A stretch of DNA of 64,000 nt from Candidatus Spongiihabitans sp. (GCF_965237845.1 NZ_OZ250154.1:657831-721830); one strand, 5' to 3'; positions 18,923-29,693 are shown, numbered from the stretch's first letter. Notes: generated from the sequence alone by a model not told the origin. Translations and numbers: made by a program.

Positions 18923-20014
18923 ATGAAATTCGTTGATGAAGCGACAATCAGGGTAATCGCGGGTAAGGGCGGTAACGGCTGCCTGAGTTTCCTGCGTGAA
19001 AAATTTCGTCCAAAAGGCGGCCCTGATGGCGGAGACGGCGGCAATGGTGGCAGTATTTACCTGGTTGCCAAAAGTGGATTGAATACGTTGGCCGATTTCA
19101 GGTTTGTTCGACAGTATCGTGCAAAAAGCGGAGACGGCGGTGCGGGCAAAGACCGATTCGGAAAGAAGGGTGATGATTTGCTGATCGACGTGCCTCTGGG
19201 AACCCTTGTCAGCGATGCGCAAACCAATGAGATGATCGGCGATGTGACCAAACAAGGGGACCGTTTGCTGGTTGCCGAAGGGGGCAGGCGTGGGTTAGGC
19301 AATGCAAATTTTAAATCCAGCACCAACCGTGCGCCGCGTCGTACTACTTCGGGAAAAATGGGAGATGAACGATTAATGAAACTGGAATTAAAGGTGCTGG
19401 CTGATGTGGGTTTGTTGGGCTTGCCCAATGCAGGAAAGTCAACTTTGTTAAGCGCGGTTTCCCATGCCCGACCCAAGATCGCGGATTATCCGTTTACCAC
19501 TTTGCATCCGCAATTAGGCGTGGTGGATATCGGTCATTCCAGCAGTTTTGTGATTGCCGACATTCCAGGTTTAATTGCCGGCGCGGCTCAAGGAGCCGGC
19601 TTAGGCATCCAGTTTTTAAAGCATTTAAAACGCACCAGGATATTGCTGCATTTAGTTGATATAACGCCCATCAACCAGAAAGATCTCGAGCAAGGAGTGA
19701 CAGAGATTGAACGAGAATTGAGCACTTTCGAGCCATCACTGGCAGACAAGGAACGCTGGCTGGTACTCAACAAGATTGATACTATCAATCAGGAAATGGC
19801 GATAGAAATTGAATCCGAATTGAAGAAAAAGTTGTCGTATAGTGGCCAAGTTTATCGTATATCCGCGGTAACCGGGGAAGGTTGCGATAAGCTGACTAAC
19901 GATTTAATGAATCGTTTATTGCAAATTGATGAAGCAATCAAAATCGAGTTGGAGGATCACGAGTCAGGCGCTCAGGATTTAGACAACGCATGGGATCAGG
20001 TGCTGAAACAATGA
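18923..20014 (+). CDS. obg: GTPase Obg/CgtA
   Basis: [28 protein letters not shown], glycine-rich Obg fold, G1 motif [11 protein letters not shown]. Confidence 0.95.
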   Translation: MKFVDEATIRVIAGKGGNGCLSFLREKFRPKGGPDGGDGGNGGSIYLVAKSGLNTLADFRFVRQYRAKSGDGGAGKDRFGKKGDDLLIDVPLGTLVSDAQTNEMIGDVTKQGDRLLVAEGGRRGLGNANFKSSTNRAPRRTTSGKMGDERLMKLELKVLADVGLLGLPNAGKSTLLSAVSHARPKIADYPFTTLHPQLGVVDIGHSSSFVIADIPGLIAGAAQGAGLGIQFLKHLKRTRILLHLVDITPINQKDLEQGVTEIERELSTFEPSLADKERWLVLNKIDTINQEMAIEIESELKKKLSYSGQVYRISAVTGEGCDKLTNDLMNRLLQIDEAIKIELEDHESGAQDLDNAWDQVLKQ

Positions 20015-21135
20015 CATCGCGCAAGGCGCTAACCGAATCAACCCGGTGGGTTGTCAAAATTGGTACGTCGCTATTAACCGATTCCCAATCTGGTCTCAAT
20101 CAATCTGCCATTGATTCATGGGCCAGGCAAATCGCAAAACTGAAAGATCAGGGTGTGGATATCGTACTGGTTTCATCGGGCTCCATTGGCGAGGGTATGC
20201 GGCGCCTGGGTTGGGTAAATCGTCCCAGCGAAGTCCATAAACTGCAAACTGCCGCGGCTGTCGGTCAGATGGGGTTGATGCAAAGTTATCAGGCGGCTTT
20301 CGACAAATACAAAATTGTGACTGCACAGATTCTGCTTACCCACGCTGATCTGGCGAATAGACAGCGCTATCTAAACGCAAGAAGTACGCTGCGAGAGCTT
20401 TTAAATCTCGGCGTGGTGCCGGTTGTTAATGAAAACGATGCAGTGGTAAACGAAGAAATACGGTTTGGTGACAATGACACGTTAGCGGCATTGGCCACGA
20501 ATTTGGTGGAGGCGGAATGTCTTGTGCTGCTTACCGATCAGGTTGGGCTTTGTGAGCGTGACCCCAGAAATTCTGAGCTGGCAAATCTTATTCAATATGG
20601 AAAAGCGGATGACCCTGACTTGTTGGCGGTAGCGGGTTGCGCCGGTGTGTCTGGAAGCGGCGGTATGCTGACTAAAATCAAAGCGGCTCGAAAGGCATCC
20701 GGGTCAGGCGCGACCACTATAATCGCTTCGGGCAAGGAAGAAAATATATTGCGGCGTTTACGAGCTGGCGAGGTTTTGGGCACGACACTGTCGCCGGGCA
20801 GTGGTCGAATTGCTGCCAGAAAACAATGGTTGGCAGGTCAATTGCGTGGTAATGGAAAGCTGGTTCTCGATAACGGCGCGGTGAGCGTATTAAGGGAATC
20901 CGGGCGCAGTCTATTGCCGGTCGGCGTTACTGCCCTGGAAGGTTCGTTTACTCGCGGAGAGATTGTTATTTGTGTTGACCATGCAGGCAATGAAATCGCA
21001 CGCGGCCTGGTGAATTACAATGCGGATGAGGCCCGTAAAATCATTGGCATCTCCAGTGATAAAATTGAAACGGTCTTGGGGTATTGTGGTGAAAGTGAAT
21101 TAATTCACCGTGACAATATTGCAATTACGGCATGA
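20011..21135 (+). CDS. proB: Glutamate 5-kinase
   Basis: ATG at 20011 overlaps the obg stop (ATGA). [16 protein letters not shown], and a C-terminal PUA-like region. Confidence 0.9.
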   Translation: MTSRKALTESTRWVVKIGTSLLTDSQSGLNQSAIDSWARQIAKLKDQGVDIVLVSSGSIGEGMRRLGWVNRPSEVHKLQTAAAVGQMGLMQSYQAAFDKYKIVTAQILLTHADLANRQRYLNARSTLRELLNLGVVPVVNENDAVVNEEIRFGDNDTLAALATNLVEAECLVLLTDQVGLCERDPRNSELANLIQYGKADDPDLLAVAGCAGVSGSGGMLTKIKAARKASGSGATTIIASGKEENILRRLRAGEVLGTTLSPGSGRIAARKQWLAGQLRGNGKLVLDNGAVSVLRESGRSLLPVGVTALEGSFTRGEIVICVDHAGNEIARGLVNYNADEARKIIGISSDKIETVLGYCGESELIHRDNIAITA

Positions 21136-21169
21136 ATCCGATGCGCCGCTATTATGTGAATGATACGAA

Positions 21170-21436
21170 CTATACGTTTAGGGATTTTAACCGGTTGTTA
21201 AGACGACTTTTCAAACGTGCGGCACGGGTTTTGTGGTGCAGGCCTTTTGATGCGGCACTATCGATGTTGGACACCGCGTCGCGGTATGCTGTACTTGCTG
21301 CTTCTTTATTTTTTTCCGTAATCAGTTTCAGCAACTTTTTGATGGATGAGCGCAACGATGAGCGAATGCTCATGTTATGCCTTCGTCGTCTCGCATTTTG
21401 GCGGGCGCGTTTTCGTGCCTGGGGTGTATTGGCCAA
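21170..21436 (-). CDS. rpsT: 30S ribosomal protein S20
   Basis: MANTPQARKRARQNARRRRHNMSIRS... canonical S20. Confidence 0.95.
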   Translation of the reverse strand: MANTPQARKRARQNARRRRHNMSIRSSLRSSIKKLLKLITEKNKEAASTAYRDAVSNIDSAASKGLHHKTRAARLKSRLNNRLKSLNV

Positions 21437-21569
21437 CAGTTATCCTCGGATTTTTAGAGTCAATTAATGGGGTCAAACAACGGACGCGGGAATATGGTCA
21501 ATTTTGGCCCGAAAGTCAAGTCCGAAAGTCAGCCTGGCAACGTATATTATCAAGCAATTCCAAAGCAAA

Positions 21570-23138
21570 ATGTCGTCCAAATTAATTAAGTCTGTGTCGG
21601 TTGTTGGGTCTATGACGCTGGTGTCACGGATTACTGGCTTGATTCGGGATGTGATATTTGCCAATATTCTCGGAGATAAAGCCGCTGCGGATATATTTTT
21701 TGTGGCCCTTCGTATTCCCAATTTTTTCCGAAGAATCTCTGGGGAAGGCGCATTTTCAGCAGCATTTGTCCCGGTTTTCACCGATTATCGCCTGAATAAT
21801 ACTGAGTCTGACACCAATAGATTCCTGCAAATTTTGATTGGGCGATTTGGCTTGATTCTGCTGGTCGTTTCGGTGCTAGGGGTAGTTTTTGCTCAAGGCC
21901 TGGTGTCCGTGTTGGCCGCCGGGTTTGCTAATCAACCAGAAAAGTTTGATCTGGCAGTTCAGGCTACTCGAATCACCTTTCCTTATGTGTTTTTTATCTC
22001 ATTTGTGGCCATGGCAGGTGGGATGCTCAATACTTGCGGTCGATTCGCGGTGCCCGCCGCAACCCCGGTTTTATTAAATATCTGCTTGATTTTCGCGGCT
22101 TTGATTTTAGTGCCGATGGTTAGCGATGCACCCATTGCATTATCTTTTGGGGTACTCGTAGCGGGACTGATTCAACTGCTGTTTCAATTGCCATTTTTGA
22201 AAAAGGAAAAGCTCACTATAAAACCAAGAATCATTAAGCGGGCCGGGGATGAAGTTGGGGTAGCAGGTGCAAAGAGAGTATTTCGATTAACGGTGCCAGC
22301 AATATTTGGCGTTTCCGTAGCGCAATTAAATATGATTGTGAACATGGTGCTGGCATCGTATTTAGTAACCGGGAGTATTTCCTGGTTATATTACTCGGAT
22401 CGGTTAATGGAGTTTCCGGTTGGCGTGTTTGGCATCGCATTAAGCACCGTGCTTTTGCCCGACTTGGCGCGTAAGTATGCCAGGCGCGCCACAATTGATT
22501 TTTCCAAAACCCTGGATTGGGGATTGCGCTGGATATGTTTAGTTTGCGTACCTGCGACTGTTGGGTTGATCGTGCTGGCTAAACCCATGGTTTCAACAAT
22601 TTACTATCATGGCGACTTCACGGTTAACGGCGTCAATATGACTGCGGCGAGCTTGATTGCATACGCTATTGGCCTAACCGCTATTGTCATGGTAAAAGCA
22701 CTCGCACCTGGTTTCTACGCCCGCGAGAACACAAAAACACCGGTTAGAATCGCCATGATTGCCATGGCGATAAATATTGTGTTTTGTTTATTATTGATAA
22801 CGTCTCTAAAGCATGTCGGGCTGGCGTTAGCCACAACAATTTCCGCAGTGTGTAATGCGGTAATGTTGTATGTTTTATTGCGACGAGAGAAAGTGTTAAT
22901 GGCCGAGCCAGGGTGGCCGGTGTTTTTGCTTAAAGTATTGTTGGGTTCGAGCTTTATGGGGGCGGCACTATGGTGGTTTATGGGGGACGGCAGTGCGTGG
23001 TTGGAAATTTCAATTTGGAGCAGAGCGTTAAAATTGAGTATGCTTTTATTATTGGGTGGAGCCGTATATTTTGGCGCTTTGTTTTTAATGGGGATTAAGC
23101 TCCGAAACTTATGGTTGGCAAAAGATACAAATCAGTAA
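21570..23138 (+). CDS. murJ: Lipid II flippase MurJ (MviN)
   Basis: MSSKLIKSVSVVGSMTLVSRITGLIRDVIFANILG..., polytopic, ~522 aa. ATG at 21570 preferred over the ORF start at 21504. Confidence 0.9.
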   Translation: MSSKLIKSVSVVGSMTLVSRITGLIRDVIFANILGDKAAADIFFVALRIPNFFRRISGEGAFSAAFVPVFTDYRLNNTESDTNRFLQILIGRFGLILLVVSVLGVVFAQGLVSVLAAGFANQPEKFDLAVQATRITFPYVFFISFVAMAGGMLNTCGRFAVPAATPVLLNICLIFAALILVPMVSDAPIALSFGVLVAGLIQLLFQLPFLKKEKLTIKPRIIKRAGDEVGVAGAKRVFRLTVPAIFGVSVAQLNMIVNMVLASYLVTGSISWLYYSDRLMEFPVGVFGIALSTVLLPDLARKYARRATIDFSKTLDWGLRWICLVCVPATVGLIVLAKPMVSTIYYHGDFTVNGVNMTAASLIAYAIGLTAIVMVKALAPGFYARENTKTPVRIAMIAMAINIVFCLLLITSLKHVGLALATTISAVCNAVMLYVLLRREKVLMAEPGWPVFLLKVLLGSSFMGAALWWFMGDGSAWLEISIWSRALKLSMLLLLGGAVYFGALFLMGIKLRNLWLAKDTNQ

Positions 23139-24079
23139 TGAAATTGGTTCGCTCAATAAATTCCAGGTTAATACCCAATTCTGGCTGTGTACTGACAATC
23201 GGAAAATTTGATGCTGTGCATATCGGCCATCAAAAAATATTAAAGCAGTTAGTTGAGGTCGGAAAAAAAATGGGCTTGCCCGCCGTAGTGATGACGTTTG
23301 CACCCAATCCAGAAGAATATTTTCGAAAGCAAGACGCACCGCCGCGATTGACTACAATTAGCAGTCAGTATTTTGCGTTGCGCGATCAAGGGGTAAGTTT
23401 GATGCTGGCAATACCGTTTAACAAAATGCTGGCCCGAACAAGCGCTGAGAATTTCATACAAACGTATTTGATAGATGGGCTGAAGGCAAAATATATTTCA
23501 ATTGGCGATGACTTCAAGTTTGGCAAGGGCCGGAAGGGTGATTACCAGATTTTGAAACAGGCCGGCCTCAACAATGGATTTGAAGTTGGGCGTTTTGAAA
23601 CAATTAATGTCGGCCATAGCCGTGTCAGTAGCACTAGAATATGTGAATCCCTTAGCGCTGGACGCTTTGACGAAGTTGATGTGTTATTGGGAAGAAAATT
23701 CGCAATGGTGGGGCGGGTCATGCATGGCGATAAGCGAGGTCGGGAATGGGGCTTCCCGACCGCAAATATTGCGATAAATCGTAAAATTCCCATGACCGGT
23801 GTTTTCGCGGTAACCGTGCGAGGCTTAAACGATGATCACGTTCACGCTCAGATTAAAGGCGTTGCAAATTTAGGAATGCGCCCAACTGTTGACGGCATGA
23901 AAACGCTATTGGAAGTCCACCTTTTTGATTTTAATCAGCGGATATACGGAAATCGAATCTGTGTGGAGTTTGTCGCAAAGATACGTGATGAGAAAAAGTT
24001 CGAATCGTTTGAAGCATTAAAAAGCCAGATTTTTATAGATTGCGAGCGCGCAAAAGAAATTTTGGATGCGGGTAATTAA
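23138..24079 (+). CDS. ribF: Bifunctional riboflavin kinase / FAD synthetase
   Basis: TIGKFDAVHIGHQ nucleotidyltransferase motif and C-terminal riboflavin-kinase region (GFPTANI). The start overlaps the murJ stop (TAATG). Confidence 0.9.
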   Translation: MKLVRSINSRLIPNSGCVLTIGKFDAVHIGHQKILKQLVEVGKKMGLPAVVMTFAPNPEEYFRKQDAPPRLTTISSQYFALRDQGVSLMLAIPFNKMLARTSAENFIQTYLIDGLKAKYISIGDDFKFGKGRKGDYQILKQAGLNNGFEVGRFETINVGHSRVSSTRICESLSAGRFDEVDVLLGRKFAMVGRVMHGDKRGREWGFPTANIAINRKIPMTGVFAVTVRGLNDDHVHAQIKGVANLGMRPTVDGMKTLLEVHLFDFNQRIYGNRICVEFVAKIRDEKKFESFEALKSQIFIDCERAKEILDAGN

Positions 24080-24567
24080 TGCAAAAGTCCACGCCAAAAT
24101 ACCTTATGTACATTGGGCTGACAATGGTTCTGGTTGGCCTCGATCAATGGACAAAACAAATCGCCTACCAAAATTTACTCGGCCAGCCGCCAATTGATGT
24201 TTTGCCAATTTTGCAATGGGCGCTGGTATTTAACCGCGGCGCCGCGTTTGGTTTTCTTAACCAAGCCGGGGGAATTCAGCATTACTTTTTGGTTGGCTTC
24301 GCGATGGTGGTATCCATGGTTCTATTGGTGTGGTTGTGGCGTTCATTTACCCATAACCGATTTTTGTCCTGGGGATTGGTAATGGTGCTGGCCGGCGCGA
24401 TTGGAAATTTGATTGACCGGGTTGTATATCGGTACGTTATTGATTTTATTTATTTTCATTATCAGGACTGGTATTTCCCCGCATTCAACATTGCAGATTC
24501 GGCAATTACGTTAGGCGCAATTTGTTTAATCGCCGATAGTTTTAGGTTTGGTGGTCGCGATCAATAG
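24079..24567 (+). CDS. lspA: Lipoprotein signal peptidase II
   Basis: 162 aa, four TM helices, FNIADSAITLG motif. The start overlaps the ribF stop (TAATG). Confidence 0.9.
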   Translation: MQKSTPKYLMYIGLTMVLVGLDQWTKQIAYQNLLGQPPIDVLPILQWALVFNRGAAFGFLNQAGGIQHYFLVGFAMVVSMVLLVWLWRSFTHNRFLSWGLVMVLAGAIGNLIDRVVYRYVIDFIYFHYQDWYFPAFNIADSAITLGAICLIADSFRFGGRDQ

Positions 24568-24628
24568 CTTCCAACCCAATGATGATATAAGCCGGACGAT
24601 ATAAACAGGACGATGTAAACTTGAGGAT

Positions 24629-25597
24629 ATGAACAAGCCGATACAAAAAATGCAGGTGCCAATGCAAGTAGTGCTGGCAAATCCGAGAGGATTTTGTGCC
24701 GGGGTGGATCGCGCAATCGAGATCGTTGAGCGCGCTTTGCAAAAACGGGGTGCGCCGATATATGTAAGGCATGAAGTCGTTCACAATAAATTCGTGGTCG
24801 ATAACCTAAGGAAAAAAGGGGCGGTTTTTGTGGATGAGCTTGACCAAATCCCCGAGCATTCGACCGTGGTGTTTAGCGCTCACGGTGTCTCTCAGGCGGT
24901 TCGAGCAGAAGCACAGAAGCGAAACTTGAATGTATTCGATGCCACCTGCCCGCTGGTGACCAAAGTTCATATCGAAGTCACAAAATACCGTCAACAAGGT
25001 CTGGATATTTTACTGATCGGACACGCCGGTCATCCTGAGGTCGAAGGCACTATGGGGCAAGTTGATAGCGGCATACAGCTGTTGGGAAATATCGAAGACC
25101 TGGAAAATCTGGCAGTCGCTGACCCGGACAAGTTGGCTTATGTGAGCCAAACCACATTATCTGTGGATGACACCGCAAAAATTGTCGACGCACTTAAGGC
25201 GCGATACCCGAATATCAGGGGGCCGCGCAAGGATGATATTTGTTACGCCACCCAGAACCGGCAAGACGCGGTAAAAAAACTGGGGGATAAATGCGATGTG
25301 ATATTTGTCGTCGGGTCTCCGAATAGTTCGAACTCGAATCGCCTGCGCGAAATTGCTGAGTTACGACGTGTCCCAGCTTACCTGATAGATGGGCCCGAAG
25401 AAATACAAGACAAATGGCTGGATGGAAAAACCTGTGCCGGGGTCACTGCCGGCGCATCCGCACCAGAATCGTTGGTGGCGCAAGTTATTGAACGACTCGC
25501 AAAAGGCGATGCCCGTGCGATTGAATTAGATGGCCCGAGTGAAAATATTTCATTCTCCTTACCGAGCCGTTTGAGAAACCAGGAACCGACCGGATAA
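24629..25597 (+). CDS. ispH: 4-hydroxy-3-methylbut-2-enyl diphosphate reductase
   Basis: [27 protein letters not shown] and SSNSNRL motifs. Confidence 0.95.
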   Translation: MNKPIQKMQVPMQVVLANPRGFCAGVDRAIEIVERALQKRGAPIYVRHEVVHNKFVVDNLRKKGAVFVDELDQIPEHSTVVFSAHGVSQAVRAEAQKRNLNVFDATCPLVTKVHIEVTKYRQQGLDILLIGHAGHPEVEGTMGQVDSGIQLLGNIEDLENLAVADPDKLAYVSQTTLSVDDTAKIVDALKARYPNIRGPRKDDICYATQNRQDAVKKLGDKCDVIFVVGSPNSSNSNRLREIAELRRVPAYLIDGPEEIQDKWLDGKTCAGVTAGASAPESLVAQVIERLAKGDARAIELDGPSENISFSLPSRLRNQEPTG

Positions 25598-25720
25598 GTT
25601 CGCGCCCGAGACGGCAAATGTTTGAACTTAAAACGAAAGCAACCTGATCTTTAGTAATCGCTGCAACACCCACACCCATTCGGCCCCCAATTCCGCATAG
25701 ACCAAAACAGCCGCCATCCT

Positions 25721-25760
25721 TATAATCGCCCCTTTATAATCGCCCCTTTATAATCGCCTC
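25721..25760. repeat. Tandem 14-bp repeat, each unit carrying a TATAAT hexamer, upstream of tRNA-Thr
   Basis: tataatcgcccctt (25721-25734), tataatcgcccctt (25735-25748), tataatcgcctc (25749-25760). The tRNA starts at 25777. Confidence 0.85.
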
Positions 25761-25776
25761 AGTCATGGCCCGAAAT

Positions 25777-25852
<76 letters not shown>

Positions 25853-25933
25853 TCCCTCCGTTTTTTGACTCACAGTAAATAGCAGAATAAAATTCGTGTT
25901 AATGCCTATTAATCGTTAAGCGAGGAACTCTGA

Positions 25934-26632
25934 ATGTCAGAAGCAATGATATCTGAATTAATTGTTGAATCCGAATGGATATTAAAAAATTACTGGACAA
26001 AAACGCGGTTTGCGTATCAAACCGAAAGCGGCGGATGGAGCGATGTAGATGTTCTTTCCTACCATCCAGAAACAAAGCATCTGGTAATTTCTGAATCAAA
26101 AGTAAGGGGTCGTAAAAAGGCCATTCACGCATATACCGAACATACTAAAAGAAAATATGGAACAATCTTGGAATATAAAGCTACTTATTTCTCTTTTATA
26201 CCAAATATTCCCAAAATTTGTTCAAATCATGTTGTGTTTACAAAGTTTTCAAGAATGGTAAAAACCATAACCATTCAGCTAGTGTCAAACCTCGTGATAG
26301 CTAAGAGTTTGAAAAACGACGCAGAGTCATCAGTACTTGAAGAAATAGAAAAGTATATGAAAGAGGAATTGCCTGGCTCAAAAGCAAAAATTGAGGTAAT
26401 GCTTGATTCTACTATTGACGTAATTTCAAGGGTTGTTGAGGACGAAAATAAACATAACCAAGGTCGCAGATATGGCCATCCAATGCTTGATATAGCAAGA
26501 GAAATCAATCGCTACTTTTATCCTGATGTGGGCGGCGCTGGCAAAAGAACAGATCAAACCGAATCTGTCAAAAAGCAGGCTACTCAGTCATTTATTCAAG
26601 CAATCAATCACCGAGAAATTATCCGCAACTGA
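25934..26632 (+). CDS. Hypothetical protein with an N-terminal PD-(D/E)xK nuclease-like motif
   Basis: 232 aa, AT-rich, immediately downstream of tRNA-Thr. ESEWILKNYW...GGWSDVDVLSYHPETKHLVISESKV fits the E ... D ... ExK arrangement of restriction-endonuclease-fold proteins. The C-terminal half is not recognised. Confidence 0.4.
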   Translation: MSEAMISELIVESEWILKNYWTKTRFAYQTESGGWSDVDVLSYHPETKHLVISESKVRGRKKAIHAYTEHTKRKYGTILEYKATYFSFIPNIPKICSNHVVFTKFSRMVKTITIQLVSNLVIAKSLKNDAESSVLEEIEKYMKEELPGSKAKIEVMLDSTIDVISRVVEDENKHNQGRRYGHPMLDIAREINRYFYPDVGGAGKRTDQTESVKKQATQSFIQAINHREIIRN

Positions 26633-26640
26633 ATCGGGTG

Positions 26641-27754
26641 CTAATTCTCCTGCCTCGCCAGCTCCTTGCGCTTGAGATAGGCTGCGCGGGCGATGTTGAT
26701 GTCTTCGAGGTAGTTGCCTAACTCGTCCAGGGTGAGGGCCTGCGGCCCATCCACCAACGCGCTCACGGGTTTGGGATGGACGTCGATCAGAACCATGTTG
26801 GCGCCGGCAATAATTCCCTGAGCGGTTGCGTGGAACAAATCGAGCAGTCCATCCGGCGCACGTTCGCGGGTGCCGACCGAGTGCGATGGATCAATGCACA
26901 CCGGCATGTGGGTCATGCGCTTGATCACCGGCACATGGCTGAAATCAACCAGGTTGCGATGCGGGTCGCCCATATTGGTTTTCATTCCGCGCAAGCAAAA
27001 AATCACCTTGCGATTGCCTTCGCTGGCGAGGTACTCGGCCGCGTTTAACGACTCTTCCAAGGTAATGCCGAAGCCGCGCTTGAGCAGAATCGGATGATCA
27101 TTTTGCCGTCCGCAAGCCTTGAGCAATTCAAAGTTCTGGGTGTTGCGCGTTCCAATCTGCAACATCACCCCAGTTGGGCAGCCGCTTTGTTCTAGCGCCT
27201 GATTGATTTCTGCAATGTGGGTGTCGTGGGTAATTTCCATGGCGATTACCTTGATGCCGTATTTCCCCGCCAGCTCGAAAACCCACGGCAGACATTCGGC
27301 GCCATGCCCCTGAAACGAATACGGGTTGGTTCTCGGTTTGTAAGCGCCCATACGGGTACATTCAAGCCCGGCTTGCGCCACCGCTTGCATCATCTGCTCG
27401 ACGTGTTTGACGGTGTCCACAGCGCACAAGCCCGGCGAAAATATTGAGATTGTCCTGGTTGAAGGTGATGCCGTTGTAGTTGAATCCATATGATCTCGAA
27501 TCCCCGGCATGGCGACCAACAACGGCGTAGGAGCGCGACACCTTGACCACCCGGTTGACCCCGGACAGGCTTTCGATTGCGTTGCGGTCCAGCGTCGAGG
27601 TATCGCCCACCAGATAAATTTCCGTAAGCACCTGCTGGGCGCCGATGACGCAGTGAACCTTGGGCGTTATGCCGGGTGTGGCGAGAAGGTATTCGAGTAT
27701 GGCCGCAGTTTCGGGCGAATCGGTGTTCAGTTGCGGGTCAAGAATGACGATCAT
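26641..27754 (-). pseudogene. Type I-beta DAHP synthase with an N-terminal ferredoxin-like regulatory domain, interrupted by an apparent 1-nt frameshift at the CCC run 27431-27433 (could be an assembly error)
   Basis: The upstream frame (27754 downward) gives the regulatory domain up to ...ITFNQDNLNIFAG. The catalytic domain continues in another frame (LCAVDTVKHVEQMM...GAYKPRTNPYSFQGHG...LLKRG...CIDPSHS). Removing one G/C from the run restores IFAGLCAVD. Confidence 0.65.
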
Positions 27755-27799
27755 GATGTCGGAATTTCAGTGATTGTTAAGTGATTGTTAAAGTGACGG

Positions 27800-28645
27800 T
27801 TATGCGATTGGAAGACTGGGGTCGTTGCTCCATTGCGACCATGAGCCCGCGTATCCGCGAATTTTATCAAAACCGAGGTGTCGCAACATCACAAAACTGT
27901 GCGAGGAGCGATGGTGGGTTTGGCAATGCACGATAATTTCCTTTTCGCGCACAACCCCGAGTTGCGCCAGCATCAAGTTCAAGGCCGCTTCCGGCTTGAA
28001 GCGCAAATTGTTATCACGGTCGATGCTGTCAAGCCAATTGAGATTGACCGCCCCAGGGATGTGGCCAGTGCGCCGGGAGGGCGATTTGAGGCCGTTATAT
28101 TCGTCCGGCGAGCGCGCATCGAGAATCATAATATGTGCATCCGCCAGCGATGCCAGCACATAATCCTGGTCCGCGATTACCAATGAATTCAACTCAATCG
28201 GCGACTGGTCAAGGTCAGGTTTGTCAATGTGGTGCTGGTGCGGCTCAGCCTGAGCGAGCGCACTTTCGGTTGCGTGGCCTTCGTTACTCCATGCGTGTAG
28301 ACCGCCGTTTAACAGCGAGGATTTTTTATGCCCGACTGCTTCCAGCGTCCACAACAGCCGGCTGGCCCGACCATTGCCCTGATCATCGTAAGCGATTACC
28401 TGTTTTTCCGCAGTCAAGCCGATGGACTGCACCACCGTTTGAAGTTTATCCAGTGGCGGCAACAACCCTGGGGCCGGTGGCTGGCCGAGAATCAGATCTT
28501 TGTAATCGAGATGGATGGCGCCGGGCAGATGGCCTTGGCGATAGGTTTCGCGGGCACCGACATCGACGATGAGCAAGTTTTTATGCGGCAATCGCGATTC
28601 GAGTTCATGCGCTTCGATCAAGTAAGGTATGGCATCATTATTCAT
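27800..28645 (-). CDS. Tandem-domain rhodanese sulfurtransferase (RhdA-like active-site loop)
   Basis: 281 aa, two rhodanese domains. The catalytic loop CQTHHRSS matches the Azotobacter RhdA-type HCQTHHR loop. Confidence 0.8.
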   Translation of the reverse strand: MNNDAIPYLIEAHELESRLPHKNLLIVDVGARETYRQGHLPGAIHLDYKDLILGQPPAPGLLPPLDKLQTVVQSIGLTAEKQVIAYDDQGNGRASRLLWTLEAVGHKKSSLLNGGLHAWSNEGHATESALAQAEPHQHHIDKPDLDQSPIELNSLVIADQDYVLASLADAHIMILDARSPDEYNGLKSPSRRTGHIPGAVNLNWLDSIDRDNNLRFKPEAALNLMLAQLGVVREKEIIVHCQTHHRSSHSFVMLRHLGFDKIRGYAGSWSQWSNDPSLPIA

Positions 28646-28990
28646 GCGATAGCATTGTACTGTTTATCAAACGGTTAGTATTCCTTATTCAGCCCTAAGC
28701 GCAACCATTCAATACCGGCAATGTGCGGCTTGCGCCACGGGCATCTCACTGGATTATCTGGTCAAGCCTCGATCATGGCTTTGGCGAGTAATCTTCGGTA
28801 TACTCCTTGATTCAAACTCAACCCAACAAATGCGGCGGATATACATAGTTTTATACATGGGCTTGATTTAGATAAAGAATTTTCATATTATCGCCGCCCC
28901 AAAATCAAGGTGAACATAGCCGTTGTTGTGGCTGGTATGCCGATTAGATTTGAACATTAGCCTCAACCAGGAAACCCAGAGGAATTCACT

Positions 28991-29194
28991 ATGAAACCAG
29001 ACCTTCATCCCGCATACGGCGAAATTAAAGTGGTTTGCACATGTGGTAATTCCTTTGAGACAAAATCGACACTGGGCAAAGAGCTACACGTGGAGATTTG
29101 TTCTGAATGCCATCCTTTTTATACTGGAAAACAAAAAATCATGGACAGTGCCGGGCGCGTGGGTAAGTTTCAGGCCAGATACAACAGGAAGTAA
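28991..29194 (+). CDS. rpmE: 50S ribosomal protein L31 (zinc-ribbon type)
   Basis: [49 protein letters not shown]. Confidence 0.95.
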   Translation: MKPDLHPAYGEIKVVCTCGNSFETKSTLGKELHVEICSECHPFYTGKQKIMDSAGRVGKFQARYNRK

Positions 29195-29250
29195 ATTCTC
29201 AAGGTGGGTATTATTTCGGGCCCGTAGCCAAAGGAAACTGAATAAAAAAG

Positions 29251-29274
29251 GACACTCTGCGGAGTGTCTTTTTT
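29251..29274 (+). terminator. Rho-independent terminator after rpmE
   Basis: Stem gacactc / gagtgtc, loop tgcg, six T (29269-29274), preceded by an A-run. Confidence 0.7.
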
Positions 29275-29387
29275 ATTTGCCTGTCATTAATTGCGCCGTG
29301 TAATTGTTCTATGCAATTGACTCAGGCAGTTCCCTTGGGCGCGGCTGCCCTAAAAACCTTATAAGAGCAAAACACCGGAAAACTTAA

Positions 29388-29693
29388 ATGAACCTGGAAG
29401 AAAAAATTGCAGCCGTGCAAACCAGGCTGTGGCAAGCCGGTCTATTTTATGGTCATGGCGCGGATGATGGGTGGGATGAATCCACTTGGATCATATTATA
29501 CGTACTCGGATTTGATACGGCCGCGGTGCTGGACAATAACAACTTTGATTGGCAGATAGCGCTCAATCAGTCCGATTTGGCGGCCATAGATCAAATGGTG
29601 GAGAAACGAATAGAAACCCGGATGCCGTTTGCCTATCTGGCCAACCAAACCTGGTTTGCAGGAAATAAATTAGGGGCTGTCCAAGATAACTAA
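29388..29693 (+). pseudogene. prmB: Ribosomal protein L3 glutamine methyltransferase (PrmB) 5' fragment, truncated by IS insertion
   Basis: LFYGHGADDGWDESTWIILYVLG ... VEKRIETRMPFAYLANQTWFAGNK matches the PrmB N-terminal region. Similarity stops at about 29669, before the catalytic NPPY domain. No remainder is found downstream of the IS block. Confidence 0.65.

Noticed and set aside
21132-21467. 111-aa ORF on the plus strand between proB and murJ
   Set aside because: It is antisense to a canonical rpsT (S20) gene, and no family was recognised.
25721-25760. Possible CRISPR array (also considered for 49711-49790 and 63939-64000)
   Set aside because: The units are directly tandem with no unique spacers, are too short (14, 30 and 19 bp), and no cas genes are present.
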